DNA of 61,279 nucleotides, the filler included. It is 5 parts of 5 records of this genome, joined end to end, with 100 filler letters (N's around TTAATTAATTAA, not from the genome) between each part and the next. Parts side by side here need not be neighbours in the genome. Positions count along the whole stretch, not along the records: positions 31,073 to 41,266 come from SRR31156797_5085; positions 41,367 to 52,139 come from SRR31156797_5103; 3 more parts are not named here. The stretch is one strand, 5' to 3'. A model generated the notes under the pieces. It saw only the letters and a list, made by a program, of their open reading frames with translations. It was not told the DNA's origin and did not search any database. Both the position numbers and the translations under genes were made by a program. Positions within the stretch are counted from its first letter, which is position 1. Every line of letters starts with the position of its first letter. This document shows, piece after piece, positions 35,628 through 48,320 of the stretch.

Positions 35628-38600
35628 ATGGGTCAACTGAGAAAAAAATTCGGCAAAATCGTCAACACGCTCCCCATTCCGCATCTCCTGGAACTCCAGG
35701 TTGATTCGTACAATCGTTTCCTGCAGGAAGGCACACCGCCGGCCAGCCGTGGAGACTTTGGACTTGAGGGTGTATTCCGTTCCGTGTTTCCCATTGAAGA
35801 TTTCAACAAGACCGCAAGCCTTGATTTCGTTTCTTATGAAATCGGCGAACCAAAATACGACGTCGATGAGTGCATCTCGAAAGGCCTGACCTACGAGACG
35901 CCCATCCGTATCACTGTCCGTCTCGTAGTTTTTGACGTGGATGAAGAGACTGACAACCGCACGATTCGCGACATCAAGGAACAGGACATTTACTTCGGAA
36001 CGCTTCCGCTGATGACCGTAAAAGGTACGTATGTAATCAATGGTACTGAACGTGTCATTGTTAACCAGCTCCAGCGTTCTCCCGGTATCATTTTCGAACA
36101 TGATTCCGGTAAGTCTCACTCCAGCCGTAAGGTGCTTTATTCGAGTCGCATCATTCCAATGCGCGGCTCCTGGTTGGATTTTGATTTCGACCATAAGGAC
36201 ATTCTGTACGTCCGCATTGACCGTCGCAGGAAGATGCCTGTCACCATATTGCTTAAAGCAATGGGACTTACTCGTGCTGATATCCTTGATTACTTCTACG
36301 ATATTGAATCCTACTCTTTGCTTAAAACCAAAGTGCAGCGAAAAGTCGTGGAAGGGCAATTCCGTAAGGAAGAAGCATTTGCCGATGTAAAAATTGGTGA
36401 CAAGGTCGTGGTCAAAAAAGGCCACAGCTTTACAAAGGGCGCTTGGAAGAAACTCGTCAAAAACGAGATCAAGAATATTGAAGTTGATCCGGTTTCTTTG
36501 CTTGGATTATACTTGGCAAAGGATATCGTCGATAAAAATGGCGAAGTCTTGGCCGAGGCTGCCGAAGAAGTGACCGTAGAACTTCTTGAGAAGCTCCGTG
36601 ATGCCAAGATCAAGGAGCTGGATGTGCTGCATACTCGCGGCATGGACGTTTCTTCCGCCTTGCGCGATACGCTTCTTTTGGACAAGACGACTGATCTCGA
36701 AACTGCCCAGATTGAGATTTACCGCAGACTTCGTCCAAGCTCTCCTCCCACGCCTGAAATTGCGTCCAATTTCTTTGAGAACTTGTTCCGCTCTTCCGAT
36801 TACTACGATCTGTCCAGCGTGGGGCGTTACAAACTGAACTCCCGTCTGAATCAGGATGTGGACCTGTCCACTCGTACCTTGACCAATGAGGATATTCTTC
36901 TCGCAGTCAAGGAACTTATGCGACTCAGGGACACTCACGGTCCTGCTGATGATATTGACCACTTGGGCAACCGTCGTGTGCGTCCTGTGGGTGAGTTGGT
37001 TGAGAATCAGTACCGCATCGGCCTCGTCCGCATGGAGCGCGCCATTAAAGAGCGCATGTCTTTGCAGGAAGTCGCCACGTTGATGCCTCATGATCTCATC
37101 AACCCGAAACCGGTTGCTGCAGTGTTGAAAGAGTTCTTCGGAACTTCACAGCTCAGTCAGTTCATGGATCAGACAAACCCACTTTCCGAAGTCACTCACA
37201 AGCGTCGCCTGTCCGCTCTTGGACCCGGTGGCCTGACACGTGAACGTGCTGGTTTTGAGGTTCGTGATGTGCACACCTCTCACTATGGTCGTATTTGTCC
37301 TATTGAAACGCCTGAAGGACCGAACATTGGTCTGATCGTTTCTTTGACGACATACGCCAAAGTGAACGATTATGGTTTTATTGAAACTCCGTATCGTAAG
37401 GTTGTGAATAAGCAGATCACCAATGACATCTCATATATTGACGCATCCAAGGAAGCCAAGGAAGTAGTGGCTCAGGCCAATGCTCCTTTGGATGACAAGG
37501 GCGTGTTTGTTGATCAGCGTATTAATGCGCGTCTTGCTGGTGATATTCAACAGGTCGCTGCAGAAGAAATAACTTGCATGGACATCAGCCCGAGTCAGAC
37601 GGTTTCCATCTCGGCTGCGCTGATTCCTTTCTTGGAACATGATGACGCCAACCGTGCGCTCATGGGTTCCAACATGATGCGTCAGGCTGTTCCCTTGCTT
37701 CAGGCTGAGGAACCCCTGGTCGGTACCAATATGGAAGGTCCGGTCGCTCGCGACTCAGGAGCTTGTGTGTTGGCCGAAGAAGACGGTGTTATCCATTTTG
37801 TGGATGCTGAGCGTATCATTATCAATTATGATAATGGAATCTCTCCGAATACCGGCGGTGCCAAGCATTATGAATTGCAGAAATGGCACAAATCCAACCA
37901 GAACTCCTGTTTTGGACAGACTCCTCGCGTACAGGTGGGGCAGCGAGTCAAAAAGGGTGCAGTTCTGGCTGATGGCCCCGGTATTGATCATGGTGAACTC
38001 GCTTTGGGTAAGAACCTGCTTGTCGCGTTCATGCCTTGGTGTGGTTTCAACTATGAGGACTCCATTCTCATTTCCGAGCGGATGGTCAAGGAAGACGTGT
38101 TCACCTCAATTCATATTGAGGAATTTGAATTAGTCGCCCGTGATACCAAGCTTGGACCCGAAGAAGTGACCCGCGATATTTCCAACGTCTCCGAAGAAAT
38201 GCTTCGGAACCTGGATGAATGCGGTATCATTCGAATTGGTGCTCGTATCAAGCCTGATGACATTATGGTTGGTAAAATCACACCTAAGGGTGAGACGCAG
38301 CTGACCCCGGAAGAGAAACTCCTCCGTGCCATCTTTGGTGATAAGGCTCGCGATGTTAAAAATACCTCTTTGAAGGTACCGCCGGGAATTTCCGGTACCA
38401 TCGTCGATGTCAAGGTCTTCAACCGTCGCTCCGGCGATAAGGATGACCGTACCAAGGCGATCGAGGATTCGGAACTTGCAGCCTTCGATGTCAAGGAAAT
38501 GAAGCATATCGCTTCCTTGACTGCTTCAACTCGAGACAAAGTTTGGGCAGCCTGCGAAGGTGGAAAGCTCAAGAAAGAGCTGATTGGACCCAAGAAGATC

Positions 38601-39749
38601 AAACTTGGCGCAGTCGGCGAAGTCATCGAGCGTGAAGCTCTGGATGCACTGCCTATTAAAAAGATGATCGGTATCTTTGATAAGGATATTAACGATCAAA
38701 TCAAGCTGATCGCTGCCGATTACGAGCAGCAGGTCGCTTTTATAAAGAACATCTATGACGTCAAGCGTGAGAAAGTCACCGAAGGTGATGATCTGCCTCC
38801 GGGCGTCATCAAGATGGTCAAGGTCTATGTCGCTGTTAAGCGTAAATTGAGCGTGGGCGATAAGATGGCTGGCCGTCACGGTAACAAGGGTGTCGTGTCC
38901 TGCATTCTTCCTGAGGAAGACATGCCGTTCTTTGACGACGGCACTCCCATGGATATCGTTTTGAATCCGCTGGGCGTTCCCTCCCGTATGAATATCGGGC
39001 AGATTATGGAAACCCACTTGGGCATGGCCGGTCGCAAGCTTGGTCAGCAGGTGACAAAGATGATGGAAGAGAGCGGCAACGCACTCAAGGACATCCGTGA
39101 GGACGTCAAATCCATTCTCGATACACCTGACATGTACGAACTCATCGATTCAATGGATGATGAAGAGTTCGTGACAGCACTCAAGCAGTTGAAAAACGGT
39201 ATCGTCGCCAAGACACCTGTGTTCGATGGCGCTAATGAAGACGGCATCTGGGGCTGGCTTGAAAAGGCCGGACTCGCCTCTGACGGTAAGTTCATTCTAT
39301 TTGATGGCCGTACAGGCGAACCGTTCCACAGCCGTGTCACTGTTGGCATCATGTACATTCTGAAACTGCATCACCTTGTTGACGAGAAGATTCACGCCCG
39401 GTCCACCGGTCCTTACTCCCTCGTCACGCAGCAGCCTTTGGGCGGTAAAGCTCAATTTGGTGGCCAGCGTTTGGGTGAGATGGAAGTCTGGGCCCTTGAG
39501 GCCTACGGCGCTGCCTATCTTCTGCAGGAGTTCCTCACTGTCAAATCTGACGATGTGCAGGGCCGTGTGAAGATGTACGAGAAGATTGTCAAGGGTGATA
39601 ACTTCCTGGAAGCCGGTTTGCCGGAATCCTTCAACGTTCTGGTCAAGGAACTCATGTCGCTGGGTCTGGATGTGACTCTGCACTATGAAGACCGTAAGCG
39701 TCCCGCTGCTCCTGCTGCCCCCGCAGCCATGAAGCCGCTGGTGGATTAA
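35628..39749 (+). CDS. rpoB: DNA-directed RNA polymerase subunit beta
   Basis: [46 protein letters not shown]. Confidence 0.99.
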   Translation: MGQLRKKFGKIVNTLPIPHLLELQVDSYNRFLQEGTPPASRGDFGLEGVFRSVFPIEDFNKTASLDFVSYEIGEPKYDVDECISKGLTYETPIRITVRLVVFDVDEETDNRTIRDIKEQDIYFGTLPLMTVKGTYVINGTERVIVNQLQRSPGIIFEHDSGKSHSSRKVLYSSRIIPMRGSWLDFDFDHKDILYVRIDRRRKMPVTILLKAMGLTRADILDYFYDIESYSLLKTKVQRKVVEGQFRKEEAFADVKIGDKVVVKKGHSFTKGAWKKLVKNEIKNIEVDPVSLLGLYLAKDIVDKNGEVLAEAAEEVTVELLEKLRDAKIKELDVLHTRGMDVSSALRDTLLLDKTTDLETAQIEIYRRLRPSSPPTPEIASNFFENLFRSSDYYDLSSVGRYKLNSRLNQDVDLSTRTLTNEDILLAVKELMRLRDTHGPADDIDHLGNRRVRPVGELVENQYRIGLVRMERAIKERMSLQEVATLMPHDLINPKPVAAVLKEFFGTSQLSQFMDQTNPLSEVTHKRRLSALGPGGLTRERAGFEVRDVHTSHYGRICPIETPEGPNIGLIVSLTTYAKVNDYGFIETPYRKVVNKQITNDISYIDASKEAKEVVAQANAPLDDKGVFVDQRINARLAGDIQQVAAEEITCMDISPSQTVSISAALIPFLEHDDANRALMGSNMMRQAVPLLQAEEPLVGTNMEGPVARDSGACVLAEEDGVIHFVDAERIIINYDNGISPNTGGAKHYELQKWHKSNQNSCFGQTPRVQVGQRVKKGAVLADGPGIDHGELALGKNLLVAFMPWCGFNYEDSILISERMVKEDVFTSIHIEEFELVARDTKLGPEEVTRDISNVSEEMLRNLDECGIIRIGARIKPDDIMVGKITPKGETQLTPEEKLLRAIFGDKARDVKNTSLKVPPGISGTIVDVKVFNRRSGDKDDRTKAIEDSELAAFDVKEMKHIASLTASTRDKVWAACEGGKLKKELIGPKKIKLGAVGEVIEREALDALPIKKMIGIFDKDINDQIKLIAADYEQQVAFIKNIYDVKREKVTEGDDLPPGVIKMVKVYVAVKRKLSVGDKMAGRHGNKGVVSCILPEEDMPFFDDGTPMDIVLNPLGVPSRMNIGQIMETHLGMAGRKLGQQVTKMMEESGNALKDIREDVKSILDTPDMYELIDSMDDEEFVTALKQLKNGIVAKTPVFDGANEDGIWGWLEKAGLASDGKFILFDGRTGEPFHSRVTVGIMYILKLHHLVDEKIHARSTGPYSLVTQQPLGGKAQFGGQRLGEMEVWALEAYGAAYLLQEFLTVKSDDVQGRVKMYEKIVKGDNFLEAGLPESFNVLVKELMSLGLDVTLHYEDRKRPAAPAAPAAMKPLVD

Positions 39750-39773
39750 GACCGGACTGTTAAAAGGTAATAG

Positions 39774-39801
39774 GCCCGGTCAGTCGAAAGGCTGACCGGG
39801 C
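39774..39801 (+). other. strong rpoB-rpoC intergenic hairpin (GAAA loop)
   Basis: GCCCGGTCAGTC-GAAA-GGCTGACCGGGC. No U-tract, so more likely mRNA-stabilising than terminating. Confidence 0.5.
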
Positions 39802-39823
39802 ATGAAATAACTTCTTACGATAG

Positions 39824-41266
<1,443 letters not shown>

Positions 41267-41366
41267 NNNNNNNNNNNNNNNNNNNNNNNNNNNNNNNNNN
41301 NNNNNNNNNNTTAATTAATTAANNNNNNNNNNNNNNNNNNNNNNNNNNNNNNNNNNNNNNNNNNNN
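41267..41366. other. artificial contig linker
   Basis: N-run with TTAATTAATTAA. Confidence 0.99.
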
Positions 41367-41516
41367 GATCAACCAGCCCAGCATGAGGGGATATAAGCGT
41401 TTGTCTATATTTTTTATAGATAGTTTAGACATTTGTTCGTTAATATTACATTTTGCTTAAAGCTTAGGGCGTAAGGGCTTAGCAGGCATGTTTTTCTAAG
41501 CACTAAGCTATAAGCG

Positions 41517-42179
41517 CTAAGCTTCTTCTATTAGTTTTTTCAAGGTTTTCGGATTTATTTCATCATACGAATCTATTATCAAATCAGCCTCTTTAATAAT
41601 ATCTCGTGGAAAAGTTGTTGCGATCCCGATCACTTTGGCGCCCGCAACTTTTCCTGCCCGGATGCCGTTAACAGAATCTTCGATCACCACGCATTTTTCA
41701 ATAGGAATACCGATCTGTGCTGCAGCTTTCAAATACGGTTCGGGATGCGGTTTCGTGTTCTCCACTTCAAATGCTGTGATCATACCGGAAAATATGAAAT
41801 CAACCGGCACATTTTCGAAAGTCCATTCCATAATATCCCGCCCAGTTGACGTTACCAGCAGATCTTTAAATTCGTCTTTAACACAAGCATAGTAAAATTC
41901 GAGGAAACCCGGCACATAGCGCATATTTTTCTTAAATTCTTCCAACAGATCAATACGATATTCTTTTTTGACCTTTTCAATATCCATTTTAGAATTATAT
42001 TTATTATTGATATACTCAAATACGGCTTTGGCATCTTTGCCTTTGAAAAACAACCAATCTTCAGTTTGGACCTCAACGCCATATTTGTCAAATTGGATCA
42101 TCATTGCTTTTTCGTACAGGGGTTCGCTATCCACCACCACACCGTCAAAGTCTAAAAGTAAACCGTATTTTTTTTCCAT
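41517..42179 (-). CDS. HAD-superfamily phosphatase (beta-PGM/CbbY-like)
   Basis: DFDGVVVDSE, KPHPEPY, IEDS.NG. Confidence 0.93.
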   Translation of the reverse strand: MEKKYGLLLDFDGVVVDSEPLYEKAMMIQFDKYGVEVQTEDWLFFKGKDAKAVFEYINNKYNSKMDIEKVKKEYRIDLLEEFKKNMRYVPGFLEFYYACVKDEFKDLLVTSTGRDIMEWTFENVPVDFIFSGMITAFEVENTKPHPEPYLKAAAQIGIPIEKCVVIEDSVNGIRAGKVAGAKVIGIATTFPRDIIKEADLIIDSYDEINPKTLKKLIEEA

Positions 42180-42279
42180 GAATTTAATTTCCCTCCAAAA
42201 TTAAAATGAATATAGAAAAATAAGTCATAAGTAAAAAGTATAAAGGTTAAAGTACCTAAAAAGTTGTTTAAAATACTTT

Positions 42280-42427
42280 TAGTAGCCTCGGGCTTTAGCC
42301 CGGGGAAAGGATATACACAAAACGGGTTTCAACCCGTGCTTGCACACCAATTCACCGAAAAGGGAGAGGTTAAAACCCAAAAGTTACAGGTATAAAATTA
42401 ACCCCGAGCTAAAGCTCGGGGCTACTA
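42280..42427. repeat. REP-doublet (REPIN-like) element
   Basis: TAGTAGCCTCGGGCTTTAGCCCGGGG ... CCCCGAGCTAAAGCTCGGGGCTACTA. Both ends are GTAG-capped palindromes in inverted orientation. Confidence 0.8.
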
Positions 42428-42453
42428 ATCTTTAAATCGTTTAAATTTGAGAC

Positions 42454-42675
42454 TTATTCTTCCTGATTCTTCTTTTTGTAAAGGATAGACATCGGCAGGA
42501 TCACGACATACCCGATAGTCAGGATAATGGGTGAAACGTAGAGTGACATTGCGTCATAGGTATCACCAACAGCCATAAAAATATAACCCACGATCAAGGT
42601 AGCGATCGCAGCTAGAAAAAGATATAAGTTAATTTTCGTTAAACCCAGTGATTGAAAAAATTCATTTGTTGTCAT
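42454..42675 (-). CDS. small two-TM membrane protein (DUF3098-like)
   Basis: N.YL......IVGYIFM..G..SL.VSPIIL.IGY pattern. Confidence 0.7.
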   Translation of the reverse strand: MTTNEFFQSLGLTKINLYLFLAAIATLIVGYIFMAVGDTYDAMSLYVSPIILTIGYVVILPMSILYKKKNQEE

Positions 42676-42855
42676 ATTCGTTCCTTATTTATTGATCGTC
42701 CCAAAATTACATTATCGTTTGTTTTAAAGCAAGTGATAGTTGTTGAAGCGTTTAGGGGTTTAGTTGTTTAAAATTCACTTCTTTATTCGCTATTCATTGT
42801 TTACTTCGATTGTTCGAATGCTCGATTATTCGAATGCTCATTATTCAATGACTCA

Positions 42856-43914
42856 TCACTTATAATTTATAATTAGCTCGTAGAGCTTATCTACGATTCC
42901 TTCAATAGGGAAAAGCCCGATTTTGTTCCCTTTTTCGAAAAGCATTACTTTACCATCACCCGCTCCGGCAATACCCATATCTGCTTCACGCGCTTCTCCC
43001 GGTCCGTTGACTACGCAACCCATTACGGCAACGGTAAATTCTTTATGCAGATCAGCTGTTTTTTCTTCCAATTCGGTAGCGATCATTGCAACATCAAAGT
43101 TGGATCGTCCGCAAGTTGGACAAGCGACCACTCTCACAGCATCTTTTCTTAAACCCAGCGCCTGAAGTATCTGTTTGGCAGTTGCTATCTCTTTTACTGG
43201 ATCCGCAGAAAGAGAAACTCGCAGGGTATCCCCTATTCCTTCTGCAAGAAGAGATCCGATGCCAATGGCAGAGCGCATGGATCCGGTCTTTTCGGTGCCG
43301 GCTTCTGTTACACCAAGATGCAAAGGATAATCATATTTTTCTGAAAACAGGCGATTGGCTTGGATCATGGTCATGACATCAGATGCTTTTATGGAAACGA
43401 TCACATCTTCAAAATCGTATTTTTCACAAAAAGTAATATGCCGTGATGCTGATTCGAGCAAGGCATCGGGCGTGGGGTGTCCGTATTTTTCAAGAATATC
43501 CTTTTCCAAAGACCCGGCATTCACACCGATACGAATAGGAGCACCTTTCGCTTTACAAGCATCCAATACTGCTTTGACCTTCTCTTCCGAACCAATATTT
43601 CCCGGATTGATACGGATCTTGTCCGCACCGGCATCAAGAGCTCCGAGAGCAAGTTTATGATCAAAATGGATATCGGCGACCAAAGGAATGCCGATACGTT
43701 TTTTCACAGCCGCAAATGCAGGTAAAGCATCGGAATTAGGCACTGCCATGCGAACGATCTCACATCCTGCGGTTTCCAATTGCCATATCTGATCAATAGC
43801 CCCTTCAATATCCTGAGGTTTGGTATTGATCATGCTTTGAATGCTGACAGGAGCATTGCCGCCGATGGCTACATTGCCAACTTGAACTTGCTTTGTAAGT
43901 TTTCTTTTTATCAT
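42856..43914 (-). CDS. ispG: (E)-4-hydroxy-3-methylbut-2-enyl-diphosphate synthase
   Basis: IQSM.NT, PLVADIHFD, RINPGNIG, LHLGVTEAG, CPTCGR, MGCVVNGPGE. Confidence 0.98.
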   Translation of the reverse strand: MIKRKLTKQVQVGNVAIGGNAPVSIQSMINTKPQDIEGAIDQIWQLETAGCEIVRMAVPNSDALPAFAAVKKRIGIPLVADIHFDHKLALGALDAGADKIRINPGNIGSEEKVKAVLDACKAKGAPIRIGVNAGSLEKDILEKYGHPTPDALLESASRHITFCEKYDFEDVIVSIKASDVMTMIQANRLFSEKYDYPLHLGVTEAGTEKTGSMRSAIGIGSLLAEGIGDTLRVSLSADPVKEIATAKQILQALGLRKDAVRVVACPTCGRSNFDVAMIATELEEKTADLHKEFTVAVMGCVVNGPGEAREADMGIAGAGDGKVMLFEKGNKIGLFPIEGIVDKLYELIINYK

Positions 43915-44078
43915 AACATCAAAATATAATCACAAATAATCATATATGCGACCTTTAAACCTTAAACGCTAAACTTTAAACCAAAAACCATTTCTTGTAA
44001 ATATCGCGTCTCAATATTAATTTACAAAGTCACTTATAAACATAATTTTAACATTAAAACAGCTTTGCGGAGAATATC

Positions 44079-46631
44079 ATGAAGTATTTAACATCCATCC
44101 TTATCATTCTAAGCCTATTTGCACTTTTTTCGTGTTCTATTGAAGATCTGTTCAAGCAGCCGGCCGTTGAGGTAACGGGCTATACTTTATTGGAATTACC
44201 GGCCGACACGGCATTTCTGGAGATAGACATGAGAATCACGAATATGGACAAGCGTCAGGTCCATGTTGCCGATGTGGATTATACGGTCGTTTTAGAAGGT
44301 ATTACACTACCACAGCAAGAAGCCGTTTTGGATATGGACATTTATCCTGATTCTACCATTGATATGACCTTACCTCTTTCCATGGTTACCTCAGACGCTG
44401 TCAAGATCCTGGCCAAATTGGATGCCGGTGAGGAATTGACCTATTCTGTTACCGGTGAATTTCATGTTGATGATCCCATTTATAAATTATTCGACCTCCC
44501 TTTGATCGTCAGCGGCACAGCCGATGTTGATGCCGGATATGAAGATTTTTATGAAATGCCCACCGTGACTCTGCTTGATATCAGCGGTAATTTTACGGAC
44601 AGCGGCAATGATACTTACGTATTTGATTTTATTGCAACATGCGCTGTGCACAATAATGATCCACGAGCTGCAACTATAGATGAGGTCGAGTATATTGTAG
44701 ATATAGAAGGCGTTCCTTCAGAAGAACATCTTCTTTCAGATACCTATCCTCAAGGTATCTCTTTAGAAGGCAATGGCGATGATACACTGACTTTACCAAT
44801 TATTTTGACTCTTGATGCAACAAGTGGTGCCCTATTGGCGACTGCCGTTCAAGATGATAATATTGATTATACCGTTCAGGGTGTGTTTCATGCCACTAAC
44901 GTTGATTCCATCAACACGGATTTTACTCTGCCAATGTATCTAAGCGGTAATATGAATGCTAATTTCCTTTCAACTTTATTCGTCCAGCCAACTGTTGAAG
45001 TAACAGGTTATTCTCTAAAAGCACTACCCACCGATACAACCTTCATGGAGATAGATATGGTCCTGACCAATAATGATTCCCGCACTGCTGTGATCGACGA
45101 TGTGGATTATCAGGTTGTGATAGAGGGTGCGGAATCGCTGGTGGAATACGTTGATATTGATCAAAGCATCGGTGCGACACCGCTTGAACTGACCATGCCC
45201 CTAACGCTGATGACCGAAGATGCAATTGCCTTGCTGGAAAAGCTGGATGCCGGTGAAGAATTAAGCTATGTTGCAAGCGGTACTTTTCATATAGATGACC
45301 CGGTATTGAACCAATTCGATCTTCCTCTGGAAATCGAGGGATCGGCTTCGGTTGATGTGGGTTATGAGGATTTCTATGAAAAACCGAGCTTAACACTTTT
45401 AGATATTGCAGGTGATTTCACACAAAACATTCAGGGTAATTATATATTTGATTTTGATGTAACCTGCCTCGTTCAGAATAACGACTCACGATCAGTTACC
45501 CTGGATGATGTCGAATATCTGGTTTACATTGAAGGTGTAGCCAGTGAATCACATAAGTATTCCGATACCTATACTAATCCTTTGGAAGTTACAGGTAGCG
45601 GATCAGATACCCTGGTTCTGCCTATTGAATTGACCCTGGATGAAAGCTCCGGATCACAACTTGCAAATGCCATCAAAGATGGTGCTATCGATTACGAAGT
45701 CGAAGGTTTGATCTCAGTAACGCATGTCAATGCTTCTCCTCTTGCTTTTGAATTACCATTGGTCATGAGCGGCAGTACCGAAGCGGATATCTTTGCTCAA
45801 CTTTTCGAACAACCCACCATCGAAGTCACGGGATATGAGCTTTTGGAACTTCCCGGCGATACGGCATTTATGAGCATCAAGTTCTTGTTAACTAATAATG
45901 ACACAAGAACCGCTCGAATTTATGATGCTGATTATCAGGTTGTTGTAGATGGTTTTAGTGCAATCCCGGAATACGTGGTTGTTGATCAAGTCATTCCTGC
46001 AGCTGATACTATCACACTTGAAATGCCCCTTACTTTACTTACCGCAGATGCCATTCAAGTCCTTGATAAATTAGATGCCGGTGAATCGATCGGCTATGCT
46101 GTAACAGGTACATTCCATATCGATGATCCTGTCCTGGAAGAGTTCGATCTACCTATTGATATATCCGGAACCGCTACGGTGGACGTTGGTTATGAAGATT
46201 TTTATGAACAACCTGAGGTCACAGTCAACAGTATCGCAGGTACTTACCGAATAAACGGATTTACTTCCTATACACTGAATTTTGATGTGAACTGTTCGGT
46301 GCAGAATTTGGATACGCGTTCAGCGGAGATCGATGAGATCGAATACACCGTCTCAATAGAGGGCACTAAATCGGGCAAGCATTATTACAGCAATACATAC
46401 ACAAGTAATTTTAGCATTGCAGGTAGCACAACCGAAACCCTTGTTCTGCCCGTTACATTCAATCTTGGTATATCCGGTGGGGCCGCAATGGTAGCTGCTT
46501 GTGCAGACGGCACGATCAATTATATAGTTGAAGGTACTTTCCATGTGGTTCTGGTGGACGGCACAACGGCAGACTTTACTTTACCGCTGTATATCACAGG
46601 ATCTGTGCCTGCTACGATGGTCGCTAATTAG
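44079..46631 (+). CDS. acidic lipoprotein with six LEA_2/WHy-like domains (3 x A-B repeat)
   Basis: Lipobox LFSC. A units start LFKQPAVEVTGY / LFVQPTVEVTGY / LFEQPTIEVTGY and B units start FYEMPTV / FYEKPSL / FYEQPEV. Recurring N.D.R..I..V.Y.V..EG motif. Confidence 0.8.
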   Translation: MKYLTSILIILSLFALFSCSIEDLFKQPAVEVTGYTLLELPADTAFLEIDMRITNMDKRQVHVADVDYTVVLEGITLPQQEAVLDMDIYPDSTIDMTLPLSMVTSDAVKILAKLDAGEELTYSVTGEFHVDDPIYKLFDLPLIVSGTADVDAGYEDFYEMPTVTLLDISGNFTDSGNDTYVFDFIATCAVHNNDPRAATIDEVEYIVDIEGVPSEEHLLSDTYPQGISLEGNGDDTLTLPIILTLDATSGALLATAVQDDNIDYTVQGVFHATNVDSINTDFTLPMYLSGNMNANFLSTLFVQPTVEVTGYSLKALPTDTTFMEIDMVLTNNDSRTAVIDDVDYQVVIEGAESLVEYVDIDQSIGATPLELTMPLTLMTEDAIALLEKLDAGEELSYVASGTFHIDDPVLNQFDLPLEIEGSASVDVGYEDFYEKPSLTLLDIAGDFTQNIQGNYIFDFDVTCLVQNNDSRSVTLDDVEYLVYIEGVASESHKYSDTYTNPLEVTGSGSDTLVLPIELTLDESSGSQLANAIKDGAIDYEVEGLISVTHVNASPLAFELPLVMSGSTEADIFAQLFEQPTIEVTGYELLELPGDTAFMSIKFLLTNNDTRTARIYDADYQVVVDGFSAIPEYVVVDQVIPAADTITLEMPLTLLTADAIQVLDKLDAGESIGYAVTGTFHIDDPVLEEFDLPIDISGTATVDVGYEDFYEQPEVTVNSIAGTYRINGFTSYTLNFDVNCSVQNLDTRSAEIDEIEYTVSIEGTKSGKHYYSNTYTSNFSIAGSTTETLVLPVTFNLGISGGAAMVAACADGTINYIVEGTFHVVLVDGTTADFTLPLYITGSVPATMVAN

Positions 46632-46675
46632 TTGACAGTTGTCAATTGACAATTGACAATTTTAAGAGAAAACAC

Positions 46676-47392
46676 ATGAAATATCACATTGAAAAATATT
46701 TTGTACTACTGCTACTTATTCTATTAAGCGCTTGTACATCAGTGCAACCCGGTTCTGAAACACTGTATCCTTCTGATGATCTTGTCGTTGAATATCATTC
46801 TAAATGGACAAAGATATCCTACCCTAAACGCATAAAGACCTTCAAGGAAGATCCCTTACAACGGGGTGATATCGTTTTTCTTGGGAATAGTATCACACAG
46901 GCCGGTGGTGATTGGTCAGCAAAGTTCGGCCGAGATGATATCAAGAACCGTGGTATCAGCGGTGATGTCACCGATGGCGTTTTAGCACGGCTTGATGAAA
47001 TATGTCATGCCAAACCTAAAGCCGTTTTCTTGATGATCGGGATCAATGATATCAATAACTGGAACAATGATTGGGGCATTCCCTCCCCTGAATATGTAGG
47101 GGAGAACATAACCAAGATCACTAAAGAGATCCATAAAAGAAGTCCCAGAACTAAAATATATGTCCAGACTGTTCTTCCCACTGATCTTGAAGATGTAAAA
47201 CATGCTATTGTAAAAGTCAACAATATGGTCAAGTTGGCTGAAAAAGAGGGACATTACAAGGTTATTGATCTACATTCGGCATTCATTAACTCCGATGGAC
47301 TGATCAAAGCTGAATTGACCAACGATGGAGTTCATTTAACCCAAGCAGGATATGATCTATGGGTTGAACTTGTTAAGGAATATATCAAATGA
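46676..47392 (+). CDS. GDSL/SGNH hydrolase lipoprotein
   Basis: LSAC lipobox, FLGNSIT, NRGISGD, GIND, DGVH. Confidence 0.92.
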   Translation: MKYHIEKYFVLLLLILLSACTSVQPGSETLYPSDDLVVEYHSKWTKISYPKRIKTFKEDPLQRGDIVFLGNSITQAGGDWSAKFGRDDIKNRGISGDVTDGVLARLDEICHAKPKAVFLMIGINDINNWNNDWGIPSPEYVGENITKITKEIHKRSPRTKIYVQTVLPTDLEDVKHAIVKVNNMVKLAEKEGHYKVIDLHSAFINSDGLIKAELTNDGVHLTQAGYDLWVELVKEYIK

Positions 47393-47772
47393 CACGCCTG
47401 AAACGCATGCAATTCTGGGGACGAGATAAGGACGACGACCGTTTGGTCATCGAGATCCTGGAAGGCAAAAAAACCGCTACGGTCTGTAAAGCGGACGAAT
47501 ATCACCTGCCTGAAGGTGATTACGACGACGGTAATTGGCAAGTCGGTGATATTGTGGAAGTCTACGATCTGCGCGAGAAGCTTCGCTGCAAGATCGAGAT
47601 CACCGAGGTCTACAAATGCAAGTTCGACGATTTTCCCGACAAACTCTGGATCGAAGAGGTCTGCGACTCAGCCGAACATTTCCGTGACGAACACCGCAAA
47701 TGCTGGCCGGAATATAACATAACAAATGATTTTGAGATGATGGCGACGCACTTCAAGCTAATTGACAATTGA
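47389..47772 (+). CDS. ASCH domain protein
   Basis: ILEGKKTAT motif. ATGA overlap with the upstream gene. Confidence 0.85.
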   Translation: MTRLKRMQFWGRDKDDDRLVIEILEGKKTATVCKADEYHLPEGDYDDGNWQVGDIVEVYDLREKLRCKIEITEVYKCKFDDFPDKLWIEEVCDSAEHFRDEHRKCWPEYNITNDFEMMATHFKLIDN

Positions 47773-47793
47773 AAAAGGACAATTGACAATTAA

Positions 47794-48234
47794 ATGATAA
47801 TTAAAACTACAAAAATTGGAGATGTACCCTCCCTCACCAACCTCACATCACAGTTGGGCTACACTGCCGACCAATCAACAATCAACGATCGCATATCAAC
47901 AATCTTAAATCGTGATGACCATGGCGTTTTCACTGCCGAAATAGATGGTGAAACGATCGGTTGGATCCACGGTTTTATTGCCTATCGCGTTGAAAGCGAT
48001 GCGTTCGTGGAAATTGGCGGACTGGTGGTCAGTGATGCGCATCGCAAGCAGGGTGTAGGCAAAGCCTTGGTTGAAGCTGTGATCGACTGGGCGAAAAAAA
48101 AGAATATCCCCAAGGTTCGGGTACGCTGTAATACACTTCGCGATGGAGCACATACATTTTATAAGCAAATCGGGTTTGAGGAAGTTAAAGAACAAAAAGT
48201 GTTCGACATGGATATAACATCATCTCATGAATAG
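47794..48234 (+). CDS. GNAT family N-acetyltransferase
   Basis: LVVSDAHRKQGVGKAL, AHTFYKQIGF. Confidence 0.92.
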   Translation: MIIKTTKIGDVPSLTNLTSQLGYTADQSTINDRISTILNRDDHGVFTAEIDGETIGWIHGFIAYRVESDAFVEIGGLVVSDAHRKQGVGKALVEAVIDWAKKKNIPKVRVRCNTLRDGAHTFYKQIGFEEVKEQKVFDMDITSSHE

Positions 48235-48259
48235 ATCCTTCACTCCGTTCAGGATGACA
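48233..48259. repeat. single REP-like short palindromic unit
   Basis: AGATCCTTCACTCCGTTCAGGATGACA resembles a dispersed intergenic repeat family. No partner copy in the window. Confidence 0.35.
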
Positions 48260-48320
48260 CTCTCCCTCTCTCCTTCTCTCACTCTCTTCATTCATAATTT
48301 ATCGTTCATAGTTCATCGTT

